Shown here: in pieces, positions 1 to 12,899 of the stretch
Layout of the letters: every line of letters begins with the position of its first letter
Position numbering within the stretch: position 1 is the first letter of the stretch
Source: Neophaeotheca triangularis
Taxonomy: Eukaryota
Length of the DNA stretch: 64,000 bases
Direction of reading: 5' to 3'
Assembly: GCA_054600435.1 (NCBI GenBank)
Contig: BAAIJX010000004.1
Location: 620,001-684,000 of the forward strand
Notes under the pieces: generated by a model
Seen by the model: the letters and a program-made list of their open reading frames with translations, nothing else
Database searches by the model: none
Told to the model about the DNA's origin: nothing
Position numbers and translations under genes: made by a program

Positions 1-1881
1 TTCCCTCCCGAACCCAACGGCTACCTTCACATCGGCCATGCCAAAGCAATCACCGTCAATTTTGGCTTCGCGAGATCCTATGGCGGCATCTGTAACTTGC
101 GCTTCGACGATACGAACCCGGCCAAGGAGGAGGAGCGGTACTTCACGAGCATTAAAGAGATGGTGAATTGGCTGGGCTTTGAGCCCGCCAAGGTTACGTA
201 TAGTAGTGATGAGTTTGACCGGTTGTATGAGCTCGCAGAGGAGCTGATCAAGAGGGAGAAAGCGTATGTGTGCAAGTGTAGTGCGGCTGCTGTGAACGCT
301 GGGAGAGGAGGTAAGGAACATGGACCGAGGAGTGTCTGTGAGGATTGGAGCAGATCGGTGGAGAATAATTTGGAAGAATTTAGAGCTATGAGGGATGGCA
401 AGTACAAGGCTGGGGAGGCACACTTGCGTATGAAACAGTATCTCGCGGTAGACCCCAAGGAGTACGAAGTTCAAGAAGGGGATTCAGCTGAGGTAAAAAA
501 AAGCAAGGCAGATTTGAAGAAGAAGTCAGACAACCCTGCTCTGTGGGACTGTGCGGCGTACAGAGTCAAGAACGAGAATTATCATCACAGGACTGGCAAC
601 AAGTGGAGAATATACCCTACCTACGAATTCACCCACTGCCTCTGCGATAGCTTCGAGGGCATCTCGCACTCTCTCTGCACTACAGAGTTTGAGACTCTGA
701 GGCCAGCCTACAACTGGCTGCTGGAAGCTCTTGACCACAAGGTGCCTGTTTCAGAAGAAAAGGGCCCTATGCAGCGAGAATACGGCAGACTTAACGTTGA
801 AGGTACCATCCTCTCCAAGCGACGAATTGCCATGCTCGCAGAAGGCTGCACAGTTGGAGAAGCGACGGCGGAACAAGTCGCTGACGACATGAGTGCCATC
901 AACCTCGAAGAAGAAGGCGACGAAGAGCCGGCAGCACCATCCACACAAGAAGAAAAGTCAATCAACACCCTCATCCCCTCCGCCGGCCGCAAGATCCCTC
1001 CGGTAGTATCCGGTTGGGACGATCCCCGTCTCTTCACCCTAGTAGCCATTCGCCGGCGCGGTGTGCCCCCTGGCGCTCTCAAGAAATTCGTCCTCGACTG
1101 CGGCGTTACAAAAGGAAACGCCAACACAGCAACCCATACCCTCGACGCTAGCATCCGCACTTACCTCGAACGCACCGTACCCCGCCTGATGCTCGTGCTC
1201 TCTCCACTCAAGATCACCTTCACAAACCTCGATCCCTCACACTGCGAAGAGCGCGACGTGCCATTCGACCCTAAGAACCCCTCCGCCGGCACGCACAAAG
1301 TCCCCTTCACGCAAACCATTTACATCGACCGCGATGACTTCCGCGAAGCCGACGACCCCGACTTCTTCCGCTTGACACCAGGCCAGAGCTGCGGCCTCCT
1401 CAACGTACCTCACCCAATGCGCGCCGTCGAAATCATCCGCGACCCCGCCACCAACCGCGTAACCGAAGTCAAAGCCGAATACGGCTCGAACGTCCCACCA
1501 GGCAAAGCACGCATCCACTGGCTCGGCGTCTCCGCCACGCACAACAGCCCAATTCCAGCCGTTGCGCGCGTTTTCAACCCCCTCTTCAAGTCTTCCAAAC
1601 CCAACGAGCTCGACTGGAAAACCGGCGGTTACTACGACAATATCAACCCCGATAGCTTAGTCGAGTACCCTGATGCGATGCTCGAATGCGGTTTCGAGCA
1701 CGTCAGGCAGAATGCACCTTGGCCCAAGGAAGAGGGTGAGGCTAAAGGCGTTGTGGACAAGAGCAGTGTTAGGTTTCAGGGTTTGAGGAGTGGGTTTTGG
1801 TGTGAGGATTTGACTTCGGAGGACGGTAAGGTGGTTTTGAATCGGATTGTTAGTTTGAAGGAGGACAGTGGAAAGAAGTAG
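1..1881 (+). CDS. GLN4: Glutaminyl-tRNA synthetase (class I), 5' end lies outside the window
   Basis: Frame is open from base 1: FPPEPNGYLHIGHAKA (HIGH motif), RFDDTNP, IYPTYEFTHCLCDSFEGISHSLCTTEF, QREYGRLN, ILSKR, GWDDPRL and C-terminal NRIVSLKED; stop TAG at 1879-1881. Confidence 0.95.
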   Translation, partial: FPPEPNGYLHIGHAKAITVNFGFARSYGGICNLRFDDTNPAKEEERYFTSIKEMVNWLGFEPAKVTYSSDEFDRLYELAEELIKREKAYVCKCSAAAVNAGRGGKEHGPRSVCEDWSRSVENNLEEFRAMRDGKYKAGEAHLRMKQYLAVDPKEYEVQEGDSAEVKKSKADLKKKSDNPALWDCAAYRVKNENYHHRTGNKWRIYPTYEFTHCLCDSFEGISHSLCTTEFETLRPAYNWLLEALDHKVPVSEEKGPMQREYGRLNVEGTILSKRRIAMLAEGCTVGEATAEQVADDMSAINLEEEGDEEPAAPSTQEEKSINTLIPSAGRKIPPVVSGWDDPRLFTLVAIRRRGVPPGALKKFVLDCGVTKGNANTATHTLDASIRTYLERTVPRLMLVLSPLKITFTNLDPSHCEERDVPFDPKNPSAGTHKVPFTQTIYIDRDDFREADDPDFFRLTPGQSCGLLNVPHPMRAVEIIRDPATNRVTEVKAEYGSNVPPGKARIHWLGVSATHNSPIPAVARVFNPLFKSSKPNELDWKTGGYYDNINPDSLVEYPDAMLECGFEHVRQNAPWPKEEGEAKGVVDKSSVRFQGLRSGFWCEDLTSEDGKVVLNRIVSLKEDSGKK

Positions 1882-3228
1882 GGCCGAAATAGAGTTGCAT
1901 TGGATGGGCTTGGGAGGTTTGCGTTCATCTTGATGAGGAGGAAGGCTAGGGGAGTCGCTTTGCAAAGACGAGGCAGACTAGCCCGATAGACCAAACGAAT
2001 CAGACTAAGCACACACACCCCAATCCGACCACTAGTCATCATCTCTTTCCCTTCTTCTCACGTCGCGGTCCCATAAAGCTCTCGGATGCTCTCGCCTCGA
2101 GGCTGACAGGACAGGGAGGGAGGTGATTGGTCTGTCCGATAAGCAAAACGGTGTTGCGGATCGAAACCACTGCTCCCCGTCTACAAGCGCTTTCTGGAAT
2201 GCCCTTGCACCTGAACAAGTACCAGTATATGGCATTCGAGGTGCCATGAAAGCTGGGCAACGCAACGCAAGACCTCCTCTTCGTGGGCTTGTGTACGATG
2301 CTCAACCCCTGACGCTGAAGCTTGGAGCTACCTGTAGGCTTGCTTTCCCCCTTTCCCGCATCCTCCGTCCTGTATTTTTTGGGTAATAGAAATTACATAG
2401 CTATGAATCTATCGGTGCTACCTAGGGTACTTTACGTGGAAGTGCAATGGTGACCATACGGTAACTAAGTAGCACCCTTGGCTGCAGGCGGGCGGCCCGC
2501 CCACGCCTCGTGGCTCTGCACGGCTGTCTTTGCTTCTTTCTCTTCCTTAAATGCGGCCGTCATCCCATGCGTCTCAGGACATCCACCAGAACATCGAAGA
2601 TTGAACTATTCTACATGCACGGGAAGGCACCTCAAGGCAACCAGGAACTCCTTCTCAACGTCCTAGCCCTGTACTGCACAACGCCCACGCTGATTTCTTA
2701 CTTCAGACCGCTTTACCAGCCCGTGACGGTGGGGAATGTGTAAGTGCCCCTTCACTACCGAGATCCAAGCACCGAGTGAGGTTGATTCTGATTGTATGTA
2801 TGTATGGATGTAAGGAATTGGGCTGCAGCCAAGTTCGGCGCGACACTCGTGGTCGCGGCGGTCGACTACGTGCTCAAAGGCTAGAACTCCTACGTTGGGC
2901 CCGTGGCCTTGATGGAAGGGGTGGAGTCGCTGTCTGCACACACCGTGTGCGGGCCCCTTTTTGTATTGGTATCTGGTCTCGACAGACTAAGCTTATGCCG
3001 AGCACAAGGTGAAGTGGGGGAGAAAGGCTCGCTTCGGTCGCGGAGAAAGATGGAAGTATCCTTAACGTTTCTGACTGCTGTATCCTATTCACGCCACTTG
3101 ACCCAAAGGATAGCTAAAAAGGTAAAATCGCTATGCGACCCGGCAAAGCCCCCAAACAGAACACAAGTCAAACAAGAACCAAGCCTCGCCCTGAATATTT
3201 CATTCCACACGGGCCTAATCCCATCGCC

Positions 3229-3908
3229 CTACCACTTCGCCTCCTTCCTCCCCATAAACTCCTTGAGCACTCCCACCCGCTCCTCCAACCCCTTCAGCCA
3301 CTCATCCAACTCACGGTGCACTCTAGCCTGATCATCTCCCAACTTATCGTAAAAGTCTTTCCGGTAAGGAGTCGCGCTCATGGCAGCGCTGAAAATCGGT
3401 TTCACGATGAAGGAGTGGTGGGGCTTGAGCGTGTTGCCGTAAGCGGCGCGAAAAGAGGTTGACAGCTCTTCGGAGGGGTTCGTGAGGTTTTGACGGAGGG
3501 CTTGGGAAGTGAAATCGAGGCCCCTAAGACAAAAACGTTAGCCGGTGTGTGTGCGCCAGCGGGGCATGGATAGGGCATGTCTCACCGCACAAGCCAAAGC
3601 AACCCCTCAGCAGCGACATGTTTCTTCGCTTTCAGCTCATTCCGCACCAGCGCTTGCAGGTCTTCGCTCTCCATGGGCGCTTCCAGCTGGCGGTCGCGGA
3701 TTTTCTTGATGTTGCCTGTCATGTCGTTTTTGACGGGTTTGAAGGCCGCGGAGCCGAGGACGTCGAAGAGGCCGGCGAGCGTCTCCGAGGCTTCGAGGAA
3801 TTCGCGAGTTGCGATGGCGTTGTCGTTGGAGGTATCCATGGGGACAGAGGCGAAGCTGCGTTTGCCATCGAAGTAGGTGCCGCCGGGCGGGACGAGGGGG
3901 GCGGACAT
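3229..3908 (-). CDS. Glycolipid transfer protein (GLTP / HET-C2 family); exons 3908-3586 and 3523-3229
   Basis: FLEASE..LFDVLGSAAFKPVKNDMTGNIKKIR..EGLLWLVR|GLDFT..AYGNTLKPHHSFIVKPIFSAAMSATPYRKDFY. A GTGAGA..CTAAC..TAG intron restores the frame. Confidence 0.93.
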
Positions 3909-5159
3909 TGTGGGGGCTTTGGGTTGGGAGTAGGGCTGCGGTTTGGGTGTTGCGCGGTTGTGGTGTTTGCAGGGAAAGCTTGGAGATTGAATCCGTTATT
4001 GTAGGTTGTTGGAATTGAGGTCTTGTTGAAGCGGAGGGGAAGATTGTCGGAGAAGTAGCATGTATGTATGTATATAATATATATATACACATATGAGGAT
4101 AAGGATGAGGTGGCAGCAAGGGTGCCCAGGTGGGTTAGTCGTCTTGGACCGACGGAGCGAGCGTGCCTGACCGCTGCCGCTGCCGCTGCCGCAAGCCAGT
4201 GGGGCTCCCACAGGCCGACCTGGAACAGACCCAGAAGTGTCGGATTCCAGGTACCTACAGTATCTATACCTAGGTACACTGGGCAGTAGGTAGGTACATT
4301 ATTTGTGCACTATTCACCTTTCAACGTCGCTAGAACGACACCAATCAAGCTAGAAAATATAAGAGACCTCGCTCCCTAAAAGTGGCCAAACTCAGCCCAA
4401 GTTGCACGCCCAAAAGGTGTGCCCAGCAGACCACAACCAGTTTCATAAAGTACCCTACATTGCTCTGTCCGTACAGAAAGCGAATTAGATATCACGGGGT
4501 CGTGGGGTAGGTATGGGATTGATACCAGCCCAGACTCATCGAGATGACAACACGGAGCCGCCATTCAAGACATTCGCGAGTACACTCTCGAGTCGAGTCG
4601 AGTCTCTGCGGCTTCCTAGACGCCAGTTTATTAGCTACTTCATTCCACTACCACACATACACTCACTCCCGAACCTCCAGCACAACACCGACACCGTCTT
4701 TGGCAAGTTTTGGCTCCAAGTCGGGCGGGCTTCAACGCTTTTCTGTGGTCTCTGAGCCCAGGGCTGCCTAAGCGGAGATAACCTCTGCTGTCTAAAACCT
4801 GGCTGGGTCACCAAATTTTACCCATGGACGCCGCCTTTCGACCTTTCGGAACAGCGTTGATGTAAGCGATGATGTGACGGAAATTTTTTCCGGCGGTAGG
4901 ACGTATCCGACAATGATGGCCAGACCATTCGGTGTCTGCCATCAACCGGTAGCAATGTACATTCGTAAATTTGTCGCCACGCCTTGGATGTAGATTTTTG
5001 TCTGCATGAGTCGCGGCGTATCGGTGCAAGGCGCGGAAGTTTGCCAGGATTGCGTAGGAACCCCCATCGCCTATACCACGCACAAATGGACCGGCCGCAT
5101 TTCACCACTCAACGTCTCCAGCGGCCTCATGGCGCTCAGGAGTGTCATGGAAGCCTCAC

Positions 5160-5849
5160 TCACACAACAGCATCAGCGGCCTCACCCCCTTGCCTGATCT
5201 TCTCACACCCAGCACAAGCACCCTCCCTCACCCTTGTCCTCCCCCTGAAGCCATCTCCTCTCCCCACCCCGGTCCAAAACCCCTCACCCGGCGTCACAAC
5301 CCTCACCGCCCTCCCAACAACCAAACTCTTACTAACCGGCCCATAATGATTCGAATCTCGGCTATCGCGCCAATTATCCCCCTCCAGCCAGACATGGCCG
5401 TGCGGAACTTTCACCCTTCCCTTCCACGCATCCCAACCCCGAGCATCCGCGCTGTCGTCGCCATTATGCAACGCTTTGGGCCGTCGCTTGGGATCCAAGA
5501 TGACAAAGTCCCCTTCCAGCGCCACGACGCGCTTGATACTATCGCTCTCGGGTTTCGAGGGCGACATGATACACACAATGTCGCCACGGTGAAGATCGCT
5601 CGTGGGGCGGTATGTGCGGGTCAGGACCCAGTCTTCGCGGCCAGTGGTGTGGTAGTCGGGGGATAGGGTGGGTTGCATGGAGGTGCCGGTTATGAAAGAG
5701 CAGCTGTAGGTGGTTTCTTGGAGGGTTATTAGGGCTGTGGTGATCCAGATGAAGTGGGCAAGGCCGCGCGTGATGTTTGATGGGGGTTTGGGAAGGGTGC
5801 GGCGGAGAGGGCGGAGGAGGGGAAAGGAGGCGAGAGGGCGGATGGGCAT
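5160..5849 (-). CDS. IMP2: Mitochondrial inner membrane peptidase subunit (peptidase S26, IMP2-like)
   Basis: GTSMQPTL (catalytic Ser), IKRVVALEGD (catalytic Lys), VPHGHVWLEGDN..SRDSNHYGPVS. The IMP2 versus IMP1 call is from recalled motif similarity. Confidence 0.85.
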   Translation of the reverse strand: MPIRPLASFPLLRPLRRTLPKPPSNITRGLAHFIWITTALITLQETTYSCSFITGTSMQPTLSPDYHTTGREDWVLTRTYRPTSDLHRGDIVCIMSPSKPESDSIKRVVALEGDFVILDPKRRPKALHNGDDSADARGWDAWKGRVKVPHGHVWLEGDNWRDSRDSNHYGPVSKSLVVGRAVRVVTPGEGFWTGVGRGDGFRGRTRVREGACAGCEKIRQGGEAADAVV

Positions 5850-6259
5850 GGTGATTATCTTCTTTCCATACTGTAGACTAGGCACCGTTCAGACCGTAGG
5901 AGTAGTGTTTCGTGCGTAAAAGAAATTCAGCTAGGTTATGAATTGGTAGCGGTCAACACAAAGCTCGAGCTCTTCTCGTGGACCCTGAGGAGCTGGACGG
6001 GAGGCTTGCTTGAAAGCTTGAAGCTTGGGGGCCAGTGACGAAAGAGGTAACGACGAAACAGTGCCTCAGCTGATCAGTATCAGTATACCTCACCCTCTCA
6101 TGCAACTCTGGGAACCTTGCCTTGCTCTGCCTATGATCGCGTAATCTGATATCCAATCTCCCAGCTGGCACATTTCACTCTTTATGCCATGAACTACGAA
6201 GGACGTTGACATTCAAAGTTGGTCAACCGCTGCCGAATAATACCTACCTGTACCACATT

Positions 6260-8387
6260 ATGGCAGCCTGGCAGGCAATAGGGGCGAACATGGTGAATAA
6301 GGGTCAGCAGAATGAGAATAGTGGCACTGGCTCAGGGTTTGGCAGAATAGTGTTGATTCTGGCCGGCGTCTCTTCTCTGATTGCATGCCTTTTAACCGTC
6401 CTGTACGCCATGCCACCCCATCCCGTCCGACGTGATCCAGCAGCCAACTGACCACCTCCTCAGCAATATCCTCCTCCAAGCCAAAAACTACCGCAAACCC
6501 CTCCTCCAGCGACACGTCGTACGCATCTTCATGCTCGTTCCCATCTTCTCCGCCGCATCCTGGGCCTCCCTGACATCCTTACGTGTCGCCTTCTGGATCG
6601 ACCCCTTCCGCGACGTCTACGAGGCTTTTACTCTATACACCTTCTTTCAACTCTTGGTGAACTTTTTGGGTGGAGAAAGGAGCTTGATAATCATGATGCA
6701 CGGCAGACCGCCTGTGGAGCATCTGTGGCCGCTCAACCACGTCCTGCCGAAAGTTGACATCAGTGACCCTCACACCTTTCTTAGCATCAAGAGGGGCATA
6801 TTGCAGTATGCCTGGATCAAACCAGTCTTAGCCGTCGCAACCATTGCGCTCAAAGCTACTGGAACTTTCAAGGAAGGCACACTAGGTGTAGACTCCGGCT
6901 ACTTTTGGACTGGCTTGATTTACAATGTCAGTATATGCTGGTCACTCTATGATCTCGCCCTCTTCTGGGTCTGCATGTCCGCCGACCTGCAAGCTTTCCG
7001 ACCCATGCCCAAATTTCTCAGCATCAAAGGCATCATTTTCGCCTCCTGGTGGCAAGGCTTCTTCTTGTCCATCTTTGTCGCTCTCGGTGCTATTCCCTCG
7101 GCAGGGGGCGACTACACTGCCGACAACCTCGCAGCTGCTATCCAGGACGCGCTAATCTGCTTCGAAATGCCACTCTTTGCCGTCTCCCACTGGTACGCCT
7201 TCAGTTGGAAAGACTACGCGGATCGTACCGTCTCGGACGCCCGAATGCCCATGCGCTTTGCCCTTCGCGACGCCTTTGGGCCCCGCGACCTCATTGAAGA
7301 CGCCAAAGAGACATTTAGTGGCAAGAAATACGAGTACCGCTACTTCGACGCCGAGAATAACGTCATGGCTCACGAAGAGTCCAGCTCCCGCCAAGCCCGT
7401 ATGCGCGAAGGAATGCGCTACGAACGCGGCGGAAGAGGCAAATACTGGATCCCAGCTCCTGGTGGTGAGGAAACCAAACAACCCCTGCTTAGCCGCATGG
7501 CCGACAGTCACGCTCGCACCATGAGCCCGAGCAACGGCCAGGGACCAAAGGACTCGCGCTCTCCCAGCGCGGGTTACTGGGACTACGGGACCGGCTCCCG
7601 CGCTGTGCCAGAAGAACCAGAGAAAGACGCCGAAGAAGAACGGCTTTACACCAACGCCCGGGCTCTCGAGTTCGGCGACTGGAACTACCCAGTCATCAAC
7701 ACACACTACGCCACTCGCGAGGATAGGTTCCGCACCGAGCCGAACATGATATCCCAGTCCACTAACCGCGCCATCCTCCAACCCACCAAAGCCAACAAAG
7801 CTAGGAGAAAGAGCCGGATCCAGAGTATCCAGGACGACGTACACCAACACAACGAGCCCGGGCAGAAATCGCACAGCAACGGCAAGGAAAAGACCAAGTC
7901 CAGCCGCAGCGGCTCCAGCTCCTCCAACCCCCCTAAGGGCAGCAAAAAGCCTCTCCTCCCCAACCCTCTCAATCGCAACAGTTCCTCCCATTCTTCAACC
8001 CCCTCACACTCCTCCCAGCTCGTCGACCTCGTCGTCGAAGACACGCAAGCCGAGAACATCGAGCGCGTGCGTGCCCGCAAAGAAGGCGGTCCAGGCTGGA
8101 ACAAAGTCGACCAAAAACATTTCGTCAAGACTTTTCCGGAAAACGATGGCACGGAAACCGGGGAAGAGGTTGTGAGGGCGGGTTTTAATCCTGATAGGGT
8201 TGAGACTGGGGCTGCGAAGGATCATCATGGGCTAGAGGGGCCTTTCGCGCTTGGTGGGGAAGAAGAGGGGGATGGGGAGGGCAGGGATGAGCTGGGGGCG
8301 AGGGAGCCTTGGGAGGGGAGGAAGTTTCAGGGTGGGAGGGATGATGCTAGTCCTTTTGAAGAGGAAAGGGAGGTTTGGGGCAGGTGA
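6260..8387 (+). CDS. TMEM184 / organic solute transporter alpha family membrane protein (HFL1-like); exons 6260-6402 and 6464-8387
   Basis: NYRKPLLQRHVVRIFMLVPIFS, RDVYEAFTLYTFFQLL, KRGILQY, KFLSIKGIIFASWWQG and QDALICFEMP; multiple TM segments followed by a low-complexity tail; canonical intron. Confidence 0.9.
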
Positions 8388-9289
8388 CGATTACATTGGA
8401 GAAGCGATTGCCTTGTTGCGAGTTTCTTGGTATTTCGAGCGATGGCGCTTTTGCGTTTGTGGCAGCTACACACCTACTTTACAGTATGGTAGCTTCGGCC
8501 TGGGAAACCACGGATGTTTTGTGTATACCCTTTATTGTATCTTTTTGCCTCGAAACTCTAGAAACTATGACCGACGCACGTTTACTCGACAAGGAAGCGC
8601 TGTACGCGACGCGACACTGGACTCTTACTATTCTGCAGCCAGCCACGAAATCCAAAGCTCACAACGACATGGCAGAAACGTCTCTTCTCGGCGACTGAGA
8701 GGCAATTGCTGGATGATAACTACAAGCTCAAGGATGATCGCTTTGGCCCATCATCGGTCTTGCCGTCGCTCGGGAAGGCTTGTAGAGATAAGAGGCCTTT
8801 CATTGATTTCGTTCAAACGTTCATGTTCCTCCCATAAAACAATTAGATGCTTGCCACGGCATTGGGTCTCTCGCTGGTAAGTCGGGGATGAAGCTGGCTG
8901 AGCGCTATGGGAGTCGTAAGACTTGACGGCCCCTAGTCCATACTGCGATCCATTGCTGGCCTCGATGTAGGAGGTGAGAGATTGATGCGTGTCACGACTG
9001 GCAGACGAAACTGCGTCAGATCCAATACTTAGGTACCTTAGGACGTCGTCGGCGCACAGGTCCCCAGGTAGGTTCCGTCAGCTTGGATGCCGCTGCACCC
9101 CAGGATCTACCCGTCCACACCAGCCACAGCGCCACAGCTCATCTCACGTCAAGATCCCACTGTTTTACTGCCACCACCACACCTCGTTTGCCGCCCTATC
9201 ATTCCCCGTCTCATGTCCAGCGCCAGCATAGCTATACCCTCAACTACCGACTGAGGGCGCACCGCGCTCATCACGTACCCGCGACCAAG

Positions 9290-10510
9290 ATGCCAGAAAT
9301 GGCCCAGCGCCCGTCTGTCACCTCTTCAACCCTCCACCCGCAAAGCACCCCCCGGGAAGACGACCCACACAAAGCCTCCTCCATACCCCCTTGGGTACAC
9401 GCCAACGAACACGATGGCGAGACACCCTTGCTTAACCCCGAAGCCTCTGTACCAAATACCCGTCATTATAAACCACCCCACCATCAAAACCTGCCCGAGA
9501 ATCGCCATCCCCCTGCGCACTACAAACCTGGACGGAAATGGGACCATCTCCGTACAGCGGAGCCTCCTATGCTGTCGAAACCCATCGACGAGCATCAGGA
9601 GCGCTGGATCTCGTTTATGGAGTCCGGACCTACTCCTTACGAAGAGGGCTCGCGGTTAGTAGGGCAAGCGTGGTTAGAGGATAACATGCCGCATTTGAGC
9701 CGGCCATGGACGCCCACGGATGCATTACTCGCCGAAGGCAACAATGGAGAAGGACAGGAAGGGTGGTGGATCTTCTCCGCCGAGAGGCAGCAGAGAACCG
9801 TCAGCCTGTTCTGGGTGAGTAGCGCGCCAGGCCTTTGCCATCCGTCACGGGAAGAGCACAAACTAATAACATGTGCCACCTTAGCGATTATTGCTCAAGA
9901 ACCCATTCATGCCACTAGTCTTCCGGCTTACGGTATTTGCCTTTTCTACCGCCGCGCTCGCCATTGCCGCAGAAATCTACGTAACCGTGCGCCGCATCAA
10001 CTCCGACGGTGATGCACAGCGCTGCGCCCCGCGTGCTTCCACCTACATGGCCCTGGCAGTCGATAGTGTAGCCCTGCCCTACATCGGCTACGTGACTTGG
10101 GACGAGTACATGAGTAAACCGTACGGTCACCCTTCATATCTTTCCTCAAACGCCGCAAAAGCCCCTGATAGCCATTTAAAAACCCTAAACGCCAAAAGCT
10201 AACCATGCCCCCTTCCCATCACAGTCTAGGCCTCCGCTCGGTCGCAGCCAAAGTGCTCCTCCTCCTCTGCGACCTTTACTTCATCGTCTTTTTCGCCTCG
10301 AACCTGTCGCTGGCTTTCGACACTCTCTACGACCACCGCTGGGCTTGCTACGACGAGGAGTATGAAATAGCCGCTTCCACTTGCCCCAACGAGCCGGGGA
10401 TTTGCAGCAAGCAGCGGTCGCTGAGTGGGGTTATATTTGTTGGGCTGGTTGCTTGGTTGATTACCTTCTCGATTTCGGTCATGAGGGTTGTGGAGAGGCT
10501 TCGCGTTTAA
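9290..10510 (+). CDS. Fungal 4-TM membrane protein resembling the regulator of phospholipase D SRF1; exons 9290-9814, 9885-10120 and 10225-10510
   Basis: Three ORF pieces join in frame through GT..CTAA(T/C)..AG introns. C-terminal hydrophobic domain NPFMPLVFRL..WDEYMSKPLGLRS..DLYFIVFFASNLSLAF. Confidence 0.7.
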
Positions 10511-12899
10511 GAGACGCAGGGTCGGGCCAGGGAGGAAGGCTTTGGGAAGGCTGGGTGAAGGGGAGTTCGGGTCGTGCGGGTTGTTCGGATCGGTCTGCTT
10601 TCCGATTGAGTTTGTCGTTTTTGCAGCGTTCTTAGCGATGGTGTTGGTGGGTTCGTAGTGCCTGTGTCGCATATGCCGTGTCATGTACATGAGCTTGCGA
10701 TGGTCTGATCGGAAAGGGTTTGAGTTGGCTTGGGAGCCATTGCAACTCGCGGATAACTCACTACTGTACGACAAGAGATGCCATGTCTTCTCTCGTCCAC
10801 TTGTCAAGCGAGGTGAGGTGTTGCGACGAAAGCAGACTAGCAAATCGAAATCTCTAGTGTAATCGGAAGCGGCATATCTTGCTTGCTTTCATGGCGGTGC
10901 GTGCCCCTTGTCCACTTTCTCCCCTCGACCATATCCAGACCGCTAACCACCTTTCAGCGAAACCCCACCAGGCCGGGTAGTACAAATACTACGGACTTGC
11001 TCGATATTCTACACCAGTAAGACAAATTCGACGCTCGAGGCACTATTCCTCCGGATGACGTTCACAAGGACTAGAAATGCTGAAGACCCGGAGCCTGAGT
11101 TAGAGCTTGTGTCTAGCACCTCTCGTCCAAAAGCTGGATGAACGCCCTGCGCCTCAGGGAGCTATGTCGATCCCCCTAAGAACCTTGGGTTGCCTGGACT
11201 CCGGCGGATACCTATTTTGCGTCGATGGGCAGCTACTTACTATCAAGTCGGGCTCGAAGATCTCGGGTGATGTCGGTCGCACGTTTGCGCTCCAGTGGCC
11301 TTCTGTCTCCTAATCGTATGTGGAGGTCTGCTGCTCCGTCTGGTAATCGAGAGTATACGGTACCAAGGTCGCAGATCTGTCTAAAGCGCCACCGCAGTAT
11401 CATAATATTTCTGGGGACCATTCATCTCGACGTCTCGCCGGGAAGGCTTCACGGCTCACGTTCAAGCGAATGCGAACCTCATCTGGGCGCACAAGGACTT
11501 GCGATCCTACGTTTGCGGATTCGAGCGACGAGAAATGAATGCGGGTGAGTTCGTTTCCTCTTATACCCGACCTCCGTCCAGTAACTTCACGTGAACTTCC
11601 CCGTGCTTCTTCCCCGTTCTAGCGTATGCGACACTTGAGAAACCAATCTGGTTGGTATATCATCCACGACCTCTCCTACTAGCAGCCGATTCAACCAGTG
11701 TTCACCGAATGTTTGCTGTTCGATTCGAAGTTTTCCAAGCGCAACGCACGATGGTACCCTCCGCATCGCCCTGCTCGCCGGGAGCAGCATCGTTTCTACC
11801 TCCGAAGCCTGTGCGCTTCTTCCCGGTGTGAGTATCATACGTCCCACCGAGCCTTATTGAGACTTGAAGAGGTCTTTGGGCACACCACTCCCGTGCACGC
11901 TCGCGTTCGCGCTTTTGCTGTCCCAGAAAACCCCTCCGATGTGGGCAGCGAGCTTTTCATCTGTCATCGGCCGTTTATGAATGGGACAGTCAGAAGATGC
12001 AGAAGCTGTTGTTAGGGCGGTTGAAGCCGTAAGTGGCAATTCCGCAGCAACTGACTCCCACGTGACCAACGCCGCCAACCACCCAGCTCGGCGATACAAA
12101 AAGGCCCCCCTCTCACTTCCTCTCTCCTTTTCTCCTTTTTCTTCGGTACGCGCAGAAGATCAGCAAAGCCGAGCATGCGCTTTGGGGCCCCGGCTGAGGA
12201 AGCAGAGAGAGCCCACAGCGCCGGTGCAGCTCGGAGCAATGAGGTCCCGAGTTCTTCCAGCGACAAGACCGCCGAGAGGTTTTTGTGATGAGCCCGGGGT
12301 AGAGAGCCTCGGTCCTCTCGGCCAGTTAGGCACGCACTGCTAGTGGTGGTGGTGCTGGCGGTCGTAGGGTGATTGGAGGAAAGGCTTGGGGGAGGGAGAG
12401 GGCGAGCGTGTGAAGCAGAGTAGACAGCCCGGTAATGCTGTCGCTTGAAAGATACAAAACCTCTCGCGAGCTTGAGAATTTGTCACTTCCCTAAAGGAAA
12501 GAGTTCCAATGTCTCTCCCGCTGCGCACGAGAGTCCCGCGGTTCAACCCGCGAGGGTGAAGGTTCTCAACGGGGTGTCTCGCGGGATTTGGAGGGTTGAT
12601 GACAGTCTTGGGTAACAAGCCACGAATATATAGCCGGAGAGGAGCTGGCGTTCAATGTATGCAATCTAGACTTGCTCCTCTCGGCGAGGAAGACAGTGCC
12701 TTTCGAGACTTTTCGCACGGCAACGGAATGAAAATTTATTAGAACGATGCAGACAGGTGGGAGGACGCCGCAGCAGAACGAGATTCATACGCCGCAAGCA
12801 AGGTGGCGAGTGATGAGCGAACTAATGAAACTATGTCAGTACCACCCGGCCTGACCCAGCCTAGCAATCATATCCCAGACCCATCCCGCTGAAATCTCC

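Noticed and set aside
2400..3130. Short ORFs between GlnRS and GLTP
   Set aside because: No recognisable domain or consistent exon structure.
3229..3908. Heterokaryon-incompatibility system at the HET-C2 homolog
   Set aside because: GLTP is a conserved housekeeping gene and there is no HET-domain or NLR partner in the window.
10850..12800. Short ORFs and an intron-like segment (GTGAGT at about 11545 to TAG at about 11622)
   Set aside because: It may be a degraded gene, but I could not assemble a coherent frame or recognise a family.
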